Of a stretch of 64,000 nucleotides of DNA, positions 1 to 26,995 are shown piece by piece; positions within the stretch are counted from its first letter, which is position 1; each line of letters begins with the position of its first letter. Source of the stretch: Salpingoeca rosetta. Taxonomy: Eukaryota; Protista; Choanoflagellata. The stretch covers positions 202,246 to 266,245 of the forward strand of contig JAWQFM010000035.1 in the NCBI GenBank assembly GCA_033442325.1, written 5' to 3'. A model generated the notes under the pieces. The model made no database searches. It had not been told where the DNA came from and worked only from the letters and a program-made list of their open reading frames with translations. A program made the position numbers and the translations under genes.

Positions 1-258
1 TTTGTGTGTGTGTGCGAGTTTGTGCGTGTGTGTGTGTGTATGTGTGTTTGCCGTGTGCTGTTTCGTGTGCGCGGGTGTGTCGTCTTCTTTGCTTGAACGC
101 CTGCCAGTTACTTCGTCAATAAGATCAACTGTACTCTGCAAGCTAGCTATGTTTTCACCAACGTCAAGGCTCCCAAACAAGCGACACACACACACACGCA
201 CACATACACACACACACACACACATATAACCGTCGTGTCGAAGGAGCCACTCCCCGCT

Positions 259-12618
<12,360 letters not shown>

Positions 12619-12842
12619 CGTGCACCTGCCGCCCCATGCACACAAAAAGTGTCAAGAACACAGCGCGATCACCGGTAAACAACGCAGTCCACACCACATC
12701 GCACAGAGAGAACAAGGGCCAGCCACACACTCATGTAGCAACACCACACAATGCCATGCACAACCATCCCACCACCGGCATGCACCAACACCAAGCACCA
12801 CGTACCACCAGCACAACACTTGCTTCGCTGCTGTTTGTGTCG

Positions 12843-12856
12843 TTTCGCGGCAAAAA
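12843..12856. promoter_or_regulatory. Putative overlapping/inverted E2F site in the divergent TOP3A/myosin promoter
   Basis: TTTCGCGGCAAAAA lies ~225 bp upstream of the TOP3A ATG and resembles the double E2F element TTTCGCGCCAAA. Motif match only. Confidence 0.35.
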
Positions 12857-13399
12857 CACGTCTGCTGCAGCTGTGCGCGGTTTTTGGATTTTACCAACAG
12901 CAGTCACAGACAGCATGAAAATGGGAGGCATTTTACCACGCAAGCATTGTTGGCAAAACAGAATTTAGCAATAACATCAATAGAAACCCGGTTTCGCAAC
13001 AACCTGACCTTCAAGGCATGCTCGAAGCGTGTTGCGAAGGCAGGCAAAACGGATGACAGGCCATCCAGCCAAACTCCCAGCCACCGAACAAACGGACCAA
13101 CCAAAAGGCAAAGCCCTCACCTCACATCAACCCACGAACGCCAAGAGCGAGCACACACACTTTCCCAACCAGCCAGCCAAACAGCAGCAGCAGGAGGGCG
13201 AGTGAAAGGATTGGTTGGAACGATAGCGACAAAGTTGTGGAGAGAAGAGAGAGAGAGAGAGAAGAAGAAGGAAGCAAGTGACAGCAGGCAGGCAGGCAAG
13301 TCAGGAGCAAGGATTGCCATCTGCAAACCGGAGTGTTGTGGGATTGAGTGGGAACAAGAACCAGCCAAGCCAGTCAGCGATCCAAGGACACAGGCCATC

Positions 13400-15472
13400 A
13401 TGGCCAAGTACCTTGTCAAGTGAGTCGAGACAACAGGAGTGGAACGTTCTTCAGGGCTGGGGAGCACTGTGGTCTTTGTTTGTGTGCTGCTCGATTGCGT
13501 GACTTTCCCATGATGCATTGTTGTCTGCCACCTGACTGCCGTTCAGCTCGATGTTCATTGCTTGCTCATCCCGGCGCATGCACCTCTCCAACCTCACCAC
13601 CATGTCATCAATACTCCCTCACTGACAGCCGCGATGATGACGACTTGTGCTCTCTGCCGGAGATGTCGCGGGAGCACGTCTTCAACGCCATCCGCGACCG
13701 CTTCCAACAAGACATCATCTACGTGCGTCGCGTTGCGTCGTGCGTGTGTGTGTGCGTGTATCTGTGTTGTGTGTGTTGTGCGTGCGGTGTGTCGTGTGTG
13801 TGCGTATGTGCGTGTGTGCGTGTGTTGTGGCAGATCAATCCCTCAACGCGATCTTTCTCTTTGTCTCTGCTGCGCTTCTCCCACGTGCACAATCCTCAAC
13901 TTGCCCCTCCCATTCCCCCCAACACACTCACACCCTTGCACGCCATTGTACTCTCGCACTCGCAGACATACGTCAGCGACATGCTGATTGCGGTCAACCC
14001 GTGCAAGCCCCTGCCAGATCTCTACTCCATCGAGGTCAGTGCGCGCGCGCGCGTGTGATGACATGATGAGCAAAGACTTGAAAGGGGGCTTTCGGTGGCT
14101 GCAAGTGAGATCAACAGGCATGAGGGAAGCATGCAAGCAAGCGTGGTCACGTTCAGAGTGGTGGCTCACGATCAAAGACGCAAACGTTCTCACTTCCATC
14201 ACACATGGCCTGACTCAACGGCTCATGCTTATTGCCATTGTGGCGTCAACTGCAGATTGCACGGCAGTACCTGACGTTGACGTCAGCTCGCTGCCCCCCG
14301 CACATCCACGGCATCGCCCTGCGCACGTACACGCAGCTCAAGGAGACACGGCTCCCGCAGTGCTGCATCATCAGTGGCGAGAGTGGTGCAGGAAAGACGG
14401 AGAGCACAAAGCTGTTTGTCAGCCACGTGCTCAAACTTGCCATGCCGGAGAAGGACACGCTCAGTGAGTACAGCCGTGTTAGAGGAATGTTGGGACTATG
14501 CAAGTGCGTGTGAGGGGGGATCTTGTGTTGCTCATTTGTGTGGGTGTGCATGTACGCGTGGTTTTCATTGGGTGCACGTGGGTTGCGCTGTCCTTCTGCT
14601 CTTCTCGCTTGCTTCTTCGTCTCATCAAGTTTGTGTCACATCTGCATTGGAGCAGGCATCGGCCAGCACGCAAACGCGTGCGTTGACCTTCCCATCAAGA
14701 TCAACCAGGTTCAAACCAGTGAAGCATGCGCACCTGTGCTACATCTGTACGCGTGCTTCCACTTGGAACCGAAAGATCTTACACATGGATGGACACACAC
14801 ACACACGCACGCACACACACATACACACACGCTCGCTCGCTCGCATGTACAGGTCAACCCCATTCTGGAAGCGTTTGGAAACGCCAAGACCCCCCTCAAT
14901 GACAACTCGAGCAGGTACACACGCCTGCGAACCATTGCCTGCAAGCAAACAAATTAAACACTGCATATCTGTGTTTAATGATTTGGATGCGGCACACATT
15001 CACATCACATCACGCCACATTGTACTCTGTCTGTGTGTGTGGACGTTTCAGGTTTGGCAAGTACCTTCAGCTGCAGTTTGACAAGGACGGTGTAATCTCT
15101 GGCGCCTCCATGTCACAGGTGGGGGGAGGCAGTGCACATTAATTTGTATTGTTCGCTGGTGATGATCATGCCCGCTTCGCTGCAACTCGAACCTTGTTGC
15201 CTGCAGGCAACCTTGCTTTACTCCTGCCTGTGCATCCCACCTTACTCACTCTGCACGACCACTACCACCACCACCGCCGCCGCCCACGTTCAGTATCTGC
15301 TTGAGAAAGCGCGCGTGGTGCACCGGTCTGAAGGCGAAGAAAACTTCCACGTGTTCCACTACCTCATCGCTGGCCTTCCAGCAGACACAGCAGCCACCCT
15401 CCATCTCTCACCCTCAGACTACCACAAGTACGTATTTGTGCGTGCGTGCGTGCGTGTGTGTGTGTGTGTGTG

Positions 15473-15504
<32 letters not shown>

Positions 15505-16063
15505 CGTGTGTGTGTGGAAAGGAAAGTTCTTGTGGCCGTTGTGCATGATGACTTCACTTGAACAACAAATGCTCATCATGCTGCACGTCACCATCACCAC
15601 CATCAAAATGACAACAGCTTTCTGTACTCTGATGAGAGCTCTGCTGATTTGCCTCCAAGCGTCACCACCTCATTCACCAAGTCCCAAAAGGTGCGAGTGT
15701 GTTCGTGTGCGTTGCCTCTGTGTGTGGGTGTGTGCGTGTGTGCGTGTGACTGCTAGTACAAGTCTGGAAGAGACAGCATGGCTCACTCACGCGCGCTCAC
15801 ACACCGCGCACGCAAACACGCAAACGCGCATACACGCAACACATGCACACTGTCTTGTCCATGTCTCACCTCACCTCACCTCAACATCACATCTATCCCG
15901 CAACCCCCTCCATTCGTCTACCACCCCACCCCCTCCCCCCCCCCCAACACGGCACAGCTTCGGTTTCGCGAGATGCTGGATGCGATGCTGGCTGTCGGCT
16001 TCAGCACAACAGAACTGCAGCAGATCTTCGAGTCCGGTGAGCAGCGCACACAATGTGGAACCC

Positions 16064-16112
<49 letters not shown>

Positions 16113-17560
16113 TGTGTCTGTGTCTGTGTGTGTGTGTGTCTATCTGTGTGTCTGTCTGTGTGTCTGTGTGTCTGTGCCGCGGTAAGTAAGTGGCCAACGA
16201 TGGACAGGGGAAACGCACACAACGCAACACAACACGACACACCACAACACAACACAACACAACACGACACAACACAACACAACACAACACAACACGACAC
16301 GACACAACACGACACGACACAACCCAACACAACACGACACGACACAACCCAACACAACACGACACGACACAACACTTACGCGCAAGCACCACGTGCTGCC
16401 TTCCCTTGCGTTGAGCAGTTGCTGCGATCATCCACATTGGTGACATTGAGTTTGATCTCGATCCCGTCTCCGACACTGCCGTCGTCCACTGCCCGCACAT
16501 ATGCGCACGAGGTGACGACGGCGACTGTTCTTGTTCTTGTTCTTGTTCTTGTTCTTGTCCTTGTTCTTGCTGTTGTTGTTGATGTTGTTATTGTTCTTGT
16601 TGTGCTTGTTTCTTGTTCTTGTTCTTGTTCTTGTTTCCGCACGTCAGGAACGCGCGTGCTTCTGCTTTGCATGCTCTCGACCTCAACCGCTGCAGCAAGA
16701 TGACAATGCACGCATGCACCCCTCACACCCTACATTTGCTCTCTATCTCTCATTCACACACACACACGTACACACACACACACACACAAACCCGCCTCTC
16801 CCCTTTCACACTTTCACCAACCTCCAGTCGCCAATCTGTTGCAAGTTTCGGAAGAGCAGTTGCAATTGGCATTGACATTCAGCATTTCTGTCACCCGGGG
16901 CGAGAGCATCAAACGGTTCGTTGCCTGCAAGCACGATAACAACAGCATAACAATATCGCTACCTTGTCCCCTTCCACAAATGCGTTGCGTGCTTGACTTA
17001 TCGTGCATGATTGATGTGCGCCGATGTCCAACGGCTCAGGCTTGTCTGTTGGTACCATCCCACGACACATATTTATGTCTTGTTGATCGATGGCATGCAA
17101 TCTCTGTATCACCGCCATCATGGTTGCTTCCGTGGCTGTTACGGACACATTGACGCTGCACTCACGTTCTGCTCACAACAGCCGCAAGACTGTGAAGGGC
17201 GCCGAGGACTGCAGAAACACCATGGCCAAGGTTTGTGGCCAAATGAGAGAAGAAATGGGAAGAAGCGTGGGTGGATACACATCCGGTTGCCACGTATTTG
17301 TGCAAGAACTGGTGCATCTTTGTGATTCAAAGCAGCGTCTCTCATGCAGTCTAACCCAATGTCTTTAACATACACACATACACACATACATACAAACGCC
17401 GTCACACACATGCACACATACACACAAACACCCTCACACGCACGCACACACACACACTATTCCGCCCTCCCACAGGAGATTTACAGCCGTCTGTTTGAAT
17501 GGATCGTCATCCGAATCAACGAGCAGCTGTCCGCGCCGGAGGAGGTGGAGGTGAGCACAC

Positions 17561-17653
<93 letters not shown>

Positions 17654-18069
17654 ACAACCTTGACATGTGTCGTCGTTAGGTGCTGTCTGTAAGTGCTCTT
17701 GGGCGTGCTTCCCTCCTGACGACGACGTTTTTGAGGCTGCATCTCACGTTGCCCCCATTGCTTCCACCCAAACAACATTGATCATGCCGTGTAGAACATG
17801 ACGATTGGTGTGTTGGACATCTTTGGGTTCGAGAATATGCCATGCAACAGCTTCGAGCAGGTGCGCAACAAGACAAAGGTTGTATTGCGTGTGGAGTGCA
17901 GCTTGTTTGAGCGCGCACGCGTGTTGCAAATGTGAAGGGGTCGGTTTGCTGTTTGCCGTCTGTGTCACGGCCATCACTCGCCATTGTATGGACGTGCACC
18001 CATTCATCAACAAACCATTCACGAAACTTGTCTGTCTGTGCGTGTGTGTGTGTGTGTGTGCGTGTGTGC

Positions 18070-18104
<35 letters not shown>

Positions 18105-19482
18105 CAGTGCTGCATCAACTTGACGAATGAGGAGCTGCAGTTCTACTTCAACGAGAATGTGTTCCAGTGGGAATTGGCGCAGTACAAGGAAGAAGGGTGC
18201 GTGTGTGTTTGTGGAATATGATGCTTTTGATGGCTATTTGTATGTGTGTGTGCATACACGTGACTGTGCATGTGTGTGCGTGTTTGGTGATACAATTCAT
18301 ATTGCAGCTTGTCATGCTTCGAGTGCAACAGTCGTAACCTTACGTCCCCCATTGCACAAACAACCGCCCACACAAACGCAAACAGGCGCACTTCCTCTCA
18401 CGCTCATGCACACACACACCAACTCACTCACACTCCCACTCACACTCACACTCACGCTCACACACATACACACACGCGCCAACTCACACTCACACTCACA
18501 CTCACGCACGCCGCAACAGAATTGACATTGGGGAGATTGAGTACACGGACAACAAGCGACTGCTCGATTTCTTTCTCCTCAAGGGAATCGGCATGTTCGA
18601 CATGCTCAACCAGGTTTGCGCGCGTATATTTTGTACATGTGTGTGAGAGAATGTGAGCGAGTGTGTGTGTGTGTGTGACAGAGTGTGTGGGTGTGTGTGT
18701 GTGTCAGAGAGTGTGTATTTCGAGGGTGTTAGACACACGCGCACACATGCTCCCGCGCACGCGAATACGTGTCTGCAAAGACCTCGACGTTTGAAAGATG
18801 ACAACCACTTCCTGTAGTTGTCGCCGTCCTGTTCTCATCACCGCTTCGCTCGGGCACCTCTAACTCATCATCATCACCATCACCGCAAACATTCTTGCTT
18901 GTTTCAGGAATCCTTCCTCCCAACGGGCACCGCCAAGTCGTTCACAGAAAAACTCACGCGCGAATGGAACGGCAGCAACGTCTACGAAGGAAACAGGGTA
19001 CCGTTTATGAATGTGTGTGTGTGTGCGTGCGCGCGCGCTCTCATGTGTTCTTGTGCGTGTGCTCGCGTGTTTGTCCCTGAATCCCCTTGGCTTCATGTGC
19101 CCTTGTTGGTGGCAAGCTCTCCGTGGTCGCTGCGTGTGCCCTGAAGAGCATGCATGCTTGCTTGCAGGCAAACCAACATACCCTTACGCCCCTTCTAAAA
19201 CAGTCTCACATTCATGACTGTATCTGCCATGGTCACGCAGATCTACAAGACGCTATTTACGGTGAAACACTTCGCGGGCGACATCGAATACGACAGCGAA
19301 CAGTAAGTGCGAATGCACATCACAAGCATCAGCACGTGTGGCCGTGGAATGTGGCGACTGTATTCTCCGTTTCGTTCGGGTGATCATGTATTCGAAAGAG
19401 GCGAGGGCATGACAACAGCCACTGCAAGGCGTTTGTGCAGACTGTTGCACGTCCATTGCTTACTCATATCACAATCACACAC

Positions 19483-19523
<41 letters not shown>

Positions 19524-21038
19524 CGCACACACACACACACACTCTCTCTCTCTCACTCACAGGTTTCTTGAGAAGAACCGAGACCCGTTCCCTGAGGACG
19601 TGCGGCAGATGTTGTGCGAGAGCGAATCGACATTCATCAGCTCTCTCTTCAATGTGGGTGGCATTGTTGCATGCTTGGTTCTGTGAGTGAGTGTTGTGCC
19701 GCAGATGTATTTGCTGGCACCCGCTGCCTCACCCTCTCTCGTACATTCACGCACACACACATGCATGCACACACATACACACACATACACATTTGCATGT
19801 ACACATACCTCACACTCTCTACTCATGTCGTTTCTCTTCGCATTCATAACACGCACGCGCTCGTGTCCGACAGCACGCTTTTCGGGTCAACACGACATCA
19901 GGCATTGACAAGAAGTTCATGAAGCTCCAGCGCCAAAACTCCAAGATCAGGTGAGATCATGCGCATGCGCTGTCTGTGTAAGTGTGTATGTGTGTGAGTG
20001 AGTGTGTGTGTGTGTGTGTGTGTCGGTGTGCATGTGCATGTACATGTGCGTGTGCATGTGCCTGTGTGAAGAGATGTTTAGTGTGCGCGTTTCCAATTCG
20101 TGTTTAACAACACATACATTCAACCTCAACCTCAAACTCACTGCAATGGTCACCACCATCACCATGATTGCAATTGTCGACATCACGTCACCGAAATCGC
20201 TATCGTCAGGGACGCTCTCCGTGTTGGATCTCGCGACCAGTGAGTGAACACATGTGCATGCTTGCAAGTCGCCTTGATGTGTCTTACGTCGTGTGAGGCT
20301 GTGTATGTAAGTGTGTAAGTCCGTGTGCATGTGTGTGAGGCAGGGAAGTCAACAACGTTGCTGTTCACTGCGTCGACATGCTCTATCTTCAACTGTCGCT
20401 CACAAATCGAATTGCCACATCACACCACCAACCACCCATCACACCACCAACCACCCATCACACCACCAACCACCCATCACACCACCAACCACCCATCACA
20501 CCACCAACCACCCATCACACCAACTGCTGTTCTGTGTGTGATTCAGACTGGTGTCGCCCAGCCGGCGGGCCCAGGGCAAACGCAACACGCTCGCCGCCTC
20601 GTTCCGCACATCTCTCGAACACCTCATGCGAAAGGTGGCGAACGACTTCACTGAATCGAAACTGATCCTGGTGGTCATGATGGGTTCGAGAGCGAAGTGG
20701 TGGTGATGCGAGTCATGTATGAGTGAATACCACTCCCTGTGCTTTGTGTCCCTGCGCGTGTCCTGCTGAAGACCAACAAGACTGAGCGGCACACCTCAAT
20801 TCCCCCCCCCCTACTCACACACCTCGCATCATGCCATCACTTCACTTCACTCACAACCACCGCCCACGACCCATCATCGACCCTGAACAGATGCGCGCGT
20901 GCCAGCCCGCGTTCATCCGCTGCATCAAACCAGACCCTTACCGCTGCCCAAACAGCTTCGTCTCGGAGTTTGTCCATCGCCAGCTCAACTACACGGGCGT
21001 CTTCGAGGCCGTTCGCATTCGCCGCGAGGTGTGCTGTG

Positions 21039-21097
<59 letters not shown>

Positions 21098-23112
21098 TGT
21101 ATGTGTGCGTGTGTGTGTCTGTATGTGTGCGTGTGTGTGTGTGTATGTGTGCGTGTGTGTGTATGTGTGTGTCTGTGTGTGTCTGTATGTGTCTGTGTGT
21201 TCAAGTGAATACTGACCCTGTCCTTTGTCATTTGATCGCCCACTCCCTTTCCCCCCACCGCCCTCCCTCGTGTTGTCCCTGTTTCACGCTCTTCCTCGTT
21301 TGACCAACACTGCCTGACTCACGCCAAATCGTTGGTAATGCTGCCTTTGTTCCACTTCAAGGGCTACCCGATTCGCATGCTGTTCGTGGACTTGGTGGAG
21401 CAATTTGGGAGTGTTGCATTTCCGTTCCACAGCTGCGCACATGCACCGGCAACATACACCACCGCCCACAAGATCATGTCCAAGATCAGCAGCAACGGGT
21501 GCGTGCGTGTCCCATATTGAGTGCAACACACAAGGCAGCCATGTGCCATGATTGAGTTGTGATCAGTTCTGTGGCCAAGCTCTCGCACACATACACATGA
21601 ACACACATTTTCACGTGCACTCACGCCCACACTCATCCAATTCCGTGGACACAATGACGTGTGCATGTGCAGGTGGCAGCTGGGAAAGACGCGTGTGTTC
21701 ATGAAACTGCACCACCTCGATCTTCTCCGTGATCTCAAGACCTCTCTTTTTGACAGCGTTAGTTCATCGCATGGGCGTGATTGCACGTGTATTGTGTGTG
21801 TGTGTGTGTGTGTGTCTGTGTGTGTGTGTGTGTGTGTCTGTGTGTGTCTGTGTGTGCACTCACTTCATGCCATGATGAGGCATAATGTGCGTGAGTCTGT
21901 GCAACAACAGCTTGCTGCTCATTCTCGGTTAGTGTATTCGTTCTCAACTACCCAATGCCTTTGTGCTTGCTGCTGGTGCTTCACAGGTGGTGGACGCACA
22001 AAAATACGTACATGGATGGCTGGCCAGGGTGCAGTACAAGCGGCTGCTGCGCCAAGCACACAAGGAAGCAACACAGGTCGAGGCGTTGCTTGCAAGCATC
22101 CCGTCCCATTGCAAAGCCAAAGCCATGGCAAAGACGGACGCCGAGGTGAGAGAGCGTGCTCCTGGTTGTTTGTTTGTTGACTGAATATACATTGCATTGT
22201 ATTGTAACCCGCCTCTTCTCACTGCCACCCCCTCCCTCCCTCCAGGGCGAGCGCAAGCACCGTGCAGAGGTGGAGAGACGCGTGAACATCGCTTCCCAGA
22301 TTGCGGCAATGGCTGCACTCAAGATGAGGGCAAAGAAGGCCCTCAGCGCCGAAGTGAAGGGATCAGAGACAGACCCTGCTGTCCAGGTATGTGTGTGCGT
22401 GTGCGTGCGTGCGTGTGCGTTTGTACGTGTGTGTGTGTGTACGTGTGTGCGTGTCTGTGCGTGTGTGTGTGTGTGTGTGTGCGTGCGTGTGTAGGTGTGC
22501 GTGTGTTTGCGTGTGGACGATGAAAGGTATCGGTGCTTGTGGTTGCTGGCAGACCAGCGTTTGCATACACGCGTGCGCGTGTGAATATTCGTGGTTGTGG
22601 CTGCGCGTGTGTTGTTTTCCTCGTTATTATGTGTTGGCTGTTTCACATCCAGTGAAACTAGCGGTTTTACACACACTCACATACACTCACACACACATAC
22701 GCATACACATACGCGCGCACACACACACACTCACACACACACACACACACATACGCACACACCTGCCTCCACTATTAGGAGAGCAACAACGAGCCAACAA
22801 CGTCCTCTGACCCTGGCCAGGCCATCAGCGCTGCCAACAACGACTATGACAACGATGGTGACGATGACGACACGTATGGTGTGCGGCAACACGGCATCTC
22901 AGAGAGCAACACGCACGCCACGTCTGCCCAGGAAAATGCGATGGCGACGCCCAAGGACCGTAATGTAAGCGCAAGCGCTGGTGGCGCCCGCAGCCAACAC
23001 CCACACCAAGCACGACAGCAACGGCAGCAGCAGCAGAGACAATCACGCCGACACCAAGCACCGGTCCGCAGACAGTCGCAGCGCCAGTCTTCACAGTCCC
23101 AAATGCAACAGC

Positions 23113-23152
<40 letters not shown>

Positions 23153-24538
23153 GAAGCAGGGACGATCAAGTAGCTCTCACCATGTGCAGGACATCAACTC
23201 GCGCGCGAACATCACCCGAAACCTTTCAAACTCCTCGGTTGGTTCGGATGCACAAGTGCCTGCAGGCAAGCCTGAGCACCACGCGAACAACCGCGGCCAC
23301 CGCCACGGCCGGGAGCAAGGGCATCACAGCCCACATGCGCTTTCGCGGGAGAGCAGCAGAGAACTTGGTGGCGACACACACCAACGCAACCACAAACAAC
23401 AGCAGCATCAGCGACAGCAGCAGATGCAGCACATGTCACGCGACTCGTTTGATTACGGCGACCTGACGCAACACAGCCGCGCACGTGCGACTCGTGGCGA
23501 TGTTGCACGCGTTCGAAACGAGCAACGGAGGGGCTCCGTGCAGGTGCAGAGGCATGGCAACGCACATGCACATGCACATGCACATGCACAGGCGAGGCTG
23601 CGGCGTGCACATCACGAGGAGTATGAGCACAACATGCGTCGCATTCACGAGCACGCGGATGACGTGGCGGTTGCGCGTGCGCGTGGCCGGGAGCTGAATC
23701 GCATCAACGGCAACAATGATCGCCACACTTCTTCTTCTTCTGCCGCTGCTGCTGCCCGTGTGTCCACCGCCCACGAATATGAGCACATGGCGCCCCGCCA
23801 CAACTCTGAGGCGCATAGCGCATCCACCGCAACCGTGTCCGCCACGTCTGGTGCATCGTCGTCGTCATCATCGTCGTCGCATTCGCAGCATCAACGGCAA
23901 CGTCATCACTGTGACCAGCGCCAACGACGCCACACAGACCAAGACGCAGCCCATGCGTACCACCACAGCAGCCAGCACGACGGGCACGCTCAGTCACCGC
24001 AGCAATCGCCATCATCATCGCCGTCGTCGTCAGCCCAATCACCATCATCTGGTGGGCGGAGCAGGTGGAGCCTCTCTGGTCGCAGCGTCATCTCTCGCCT
24101 TCGCTCCGGCACCATGTCTCGTCGGCGCAGCGGCAACGGTGGTGGTGATGGTAATGGTGGTGGTGGTGGTGGTCGGCGACAGTCCAAGGCCAACGATGCA
24201 TTGCATGATGAGTTGACACGTGCGGCGTCCCGGCGTGCGAGCAAGCAAGTCAGGCGCAACGCCAGCCGTGCCTCCATCACCAGCACCGGCAGCAGCGTGA
24301 CGGGTCTCTCGTACGCATCCAACAGACGTCCGTCGCTCATTGCGAGCTTTACGCGCCGTCTCACTCGCAGATCAAAGGACAGCGGCGGCAACAGCCACAT
24401 GTTGCAGCTTAGGAGGTGTGTTAGTGTTGCTCTCTGCATGTGTGTTTGTGACTGTGTATGGTCAAGTGTGAGGAGTTGCGTGTGCATGTGTTTGTGTGTG
24501 TGTGTGTGTGTGTCTGTGTCTGTGTTCAAGTGTGAGGA

Positions 24539-24572
<34 letters not shown>

Positions 24573-25996
24573 TGATTGTTTGTTCACACGTGTGCGCGAT
24601 GGTTTGTCAAGTGCCCATTGCTCTGTACAATTGTGCCAACTGTCACCACCGCCAAATCCTCTGAACAATGCCTCAACTTTGTGTTTTCATCCACGTGTTT
24701 TTTCAGTGGGCGGTCAAGCCGTCGTTCGTCACGCCTCGCGACAATGACGGAGAAACCCGAACTGCAGAAGCAACAATCGTTCATTGAATTCCTCCACCAG
24801 TTTGAAATTGACAGGACCACGCTGGTGCGTCGACAATGGCTTGAATGTGTTTGCATGTGTGTGTTTGCATGTATATGTGTGTTTGCATGTGTGTATTTGC
24901 ATGTGTGTGCGTGTGTCTGTTGTTCCTGTCTTCGTCTTCTGTGCACTTGAATGTGTGTGTGTGTGTGTGTGTGCATGGTACCTTCTACAAGCCGATTCCA
25001 GATCAACCCATCACCGCGTGTCAGCCGGCCGTGTTGCTCTGTGATTGTCCTTGCACACCTTACTCAATGGATCACACGACACCACATTTAGATTCCGTGC
25101 GTGGTTGAAGGCTGTGCATGTCGCTTCTCCATGTTCAAGGAGCTCAAGGATCACCTCTACCTCGACCACCTGCCCGTCGAAACAAAGGTGTGTGGGTGTT
25201 TGGTGGGAGAAGGAAGGCTCATATGTGGTATTGTGCTTGTGTACTTGCGTGCTGTTCGTGCATCTCTGTCCCACTCCTGATAGGGATGACAAATGACTCA
25301 ATACACAAAATATGTGTGCCTCACGAATGGCGCTCTCTTAACTTGACATGCTTGTTCACCGCTTCGTTCTTTCGTTGCAGTTTACGTTCCATGAGCGAGC
25401 CCTTGCCTTCCTGGACACAACGGGTGTCTTGCTTGCCGGCGAATACTACGAGGGCGAACGTGTTGTTCTGCATTTTGAAACGCGCACGTCCGCATGCAAG
25501 ATTGATGCACGCGACCTCCACCTCGCCCCACGTGAGTGATATGTGTGTGTCGTGTGTGTGTGTGTGTGTGTGTGTTTGTGCCGTGTGTGTGTCGTGCGTG
25601 TACGTGTGTGTGTGTGTATGTGTGGTGTACGTGTGTCGTGTACTTGTGTCGTGCGTGGTTTTCCTTCATGTCAGTTTACGTCCTGCTGAATTCATCTTTG
25701 TGCAGTGTTGCTTGCGAACAAGGCACTTGTCCGCACGCACGTTCCGGGACGTTTCATGAGACAATTTGAATGTTGTAGTTGAACGACCAGCTCCCTATAC
25801 TTGCCCCAAACCTCACCGTCACTCCCACATGCGCAAAATGGCCCTCTGCCCGCACCCGCTAGGTGATGTGTACCACGTGAACCTCCAGGAATGCGAAAAC
25901 CCGGATCGCACGGCACGAACAGAGCGGGTACGACACCACCAGCACATGCGCAAGGGGCGCTCAGCGACTGTACTTCTGTGTGCCACCCGCAATCGT

Positions 25997-26079
<83 letters not shown>

Positions 26080-26939
26080 ATGTTGATTTGCTCCTGTGTC
26101 ATCACGCTGACACGCACTCTCGTTTCAGGCGAGTTTGCTCCTCCACAGCCATTCTCACCCCCTCTTCCCTTCCTAATTGCCACTTGTTCCACAAACACAC
26201 ACACACACACACACGCCACACATGCACTTTAGATCCGGCGGCATATTGGCAGCGGCGTGTTGGTCACGGTGTGCGACAAGAGCATCTACATCACGCGAAG
26301 TGCAAAGAACCCCATCTTTGTCACAACACCCGTGCCCGCAAACCAACAGCACCTCATGCTGCCAAACGGGGAATTGCCACGCAACGAAACCATCTGTGTC
26401 TTTGATTACCAGGTGGGCTTGCATACTTTGTTGACTGCCGCTTGCATGAGTGATGGTTTCTGACGTGTTTGTTGGCAACGGTATTTGGTGATTGAAGTGT
26501 TGAACTGTTTGGTGCTTGTTGTTGTTGTTGTTGTTGTTGAAGTTGTTGTTGTTGTTAAAGTTGTTGTTGTTGTTAAAGTTGTTGTTGTTGTTGTTGTTGT
26601 TGTGTGTGCGTGTGTGTGTGTGTGCGTGCTTGTCATATTCGTTAAGCATTGGGTTTGCTGGTGGCACTTCTTTGCGTTTCTGCTGTGCCTCTACCACTTC
26701 TTACGGGACGCAACACCTCACCTTGCTCGCGACGGAATGGTTCCAATGGCAATCAGCTCTTCCGAATGAACCTGCACAAGACGTCGCCAAAGGACTGCTG
26801 GGACGCGACGCAAGTGCGCCTGCGCCTGGTACGTGCCTCAGCCGCGAGTGCATGAAGGTGGTGAATGCTCGCTTGAATGTGTCTGCTGCCACTCATTCAT
26901 GAAGGAACCCAAACACAAACACGTGCGCGCGCGCAAATG

Positions 26940-26995
<56 letters not shown>

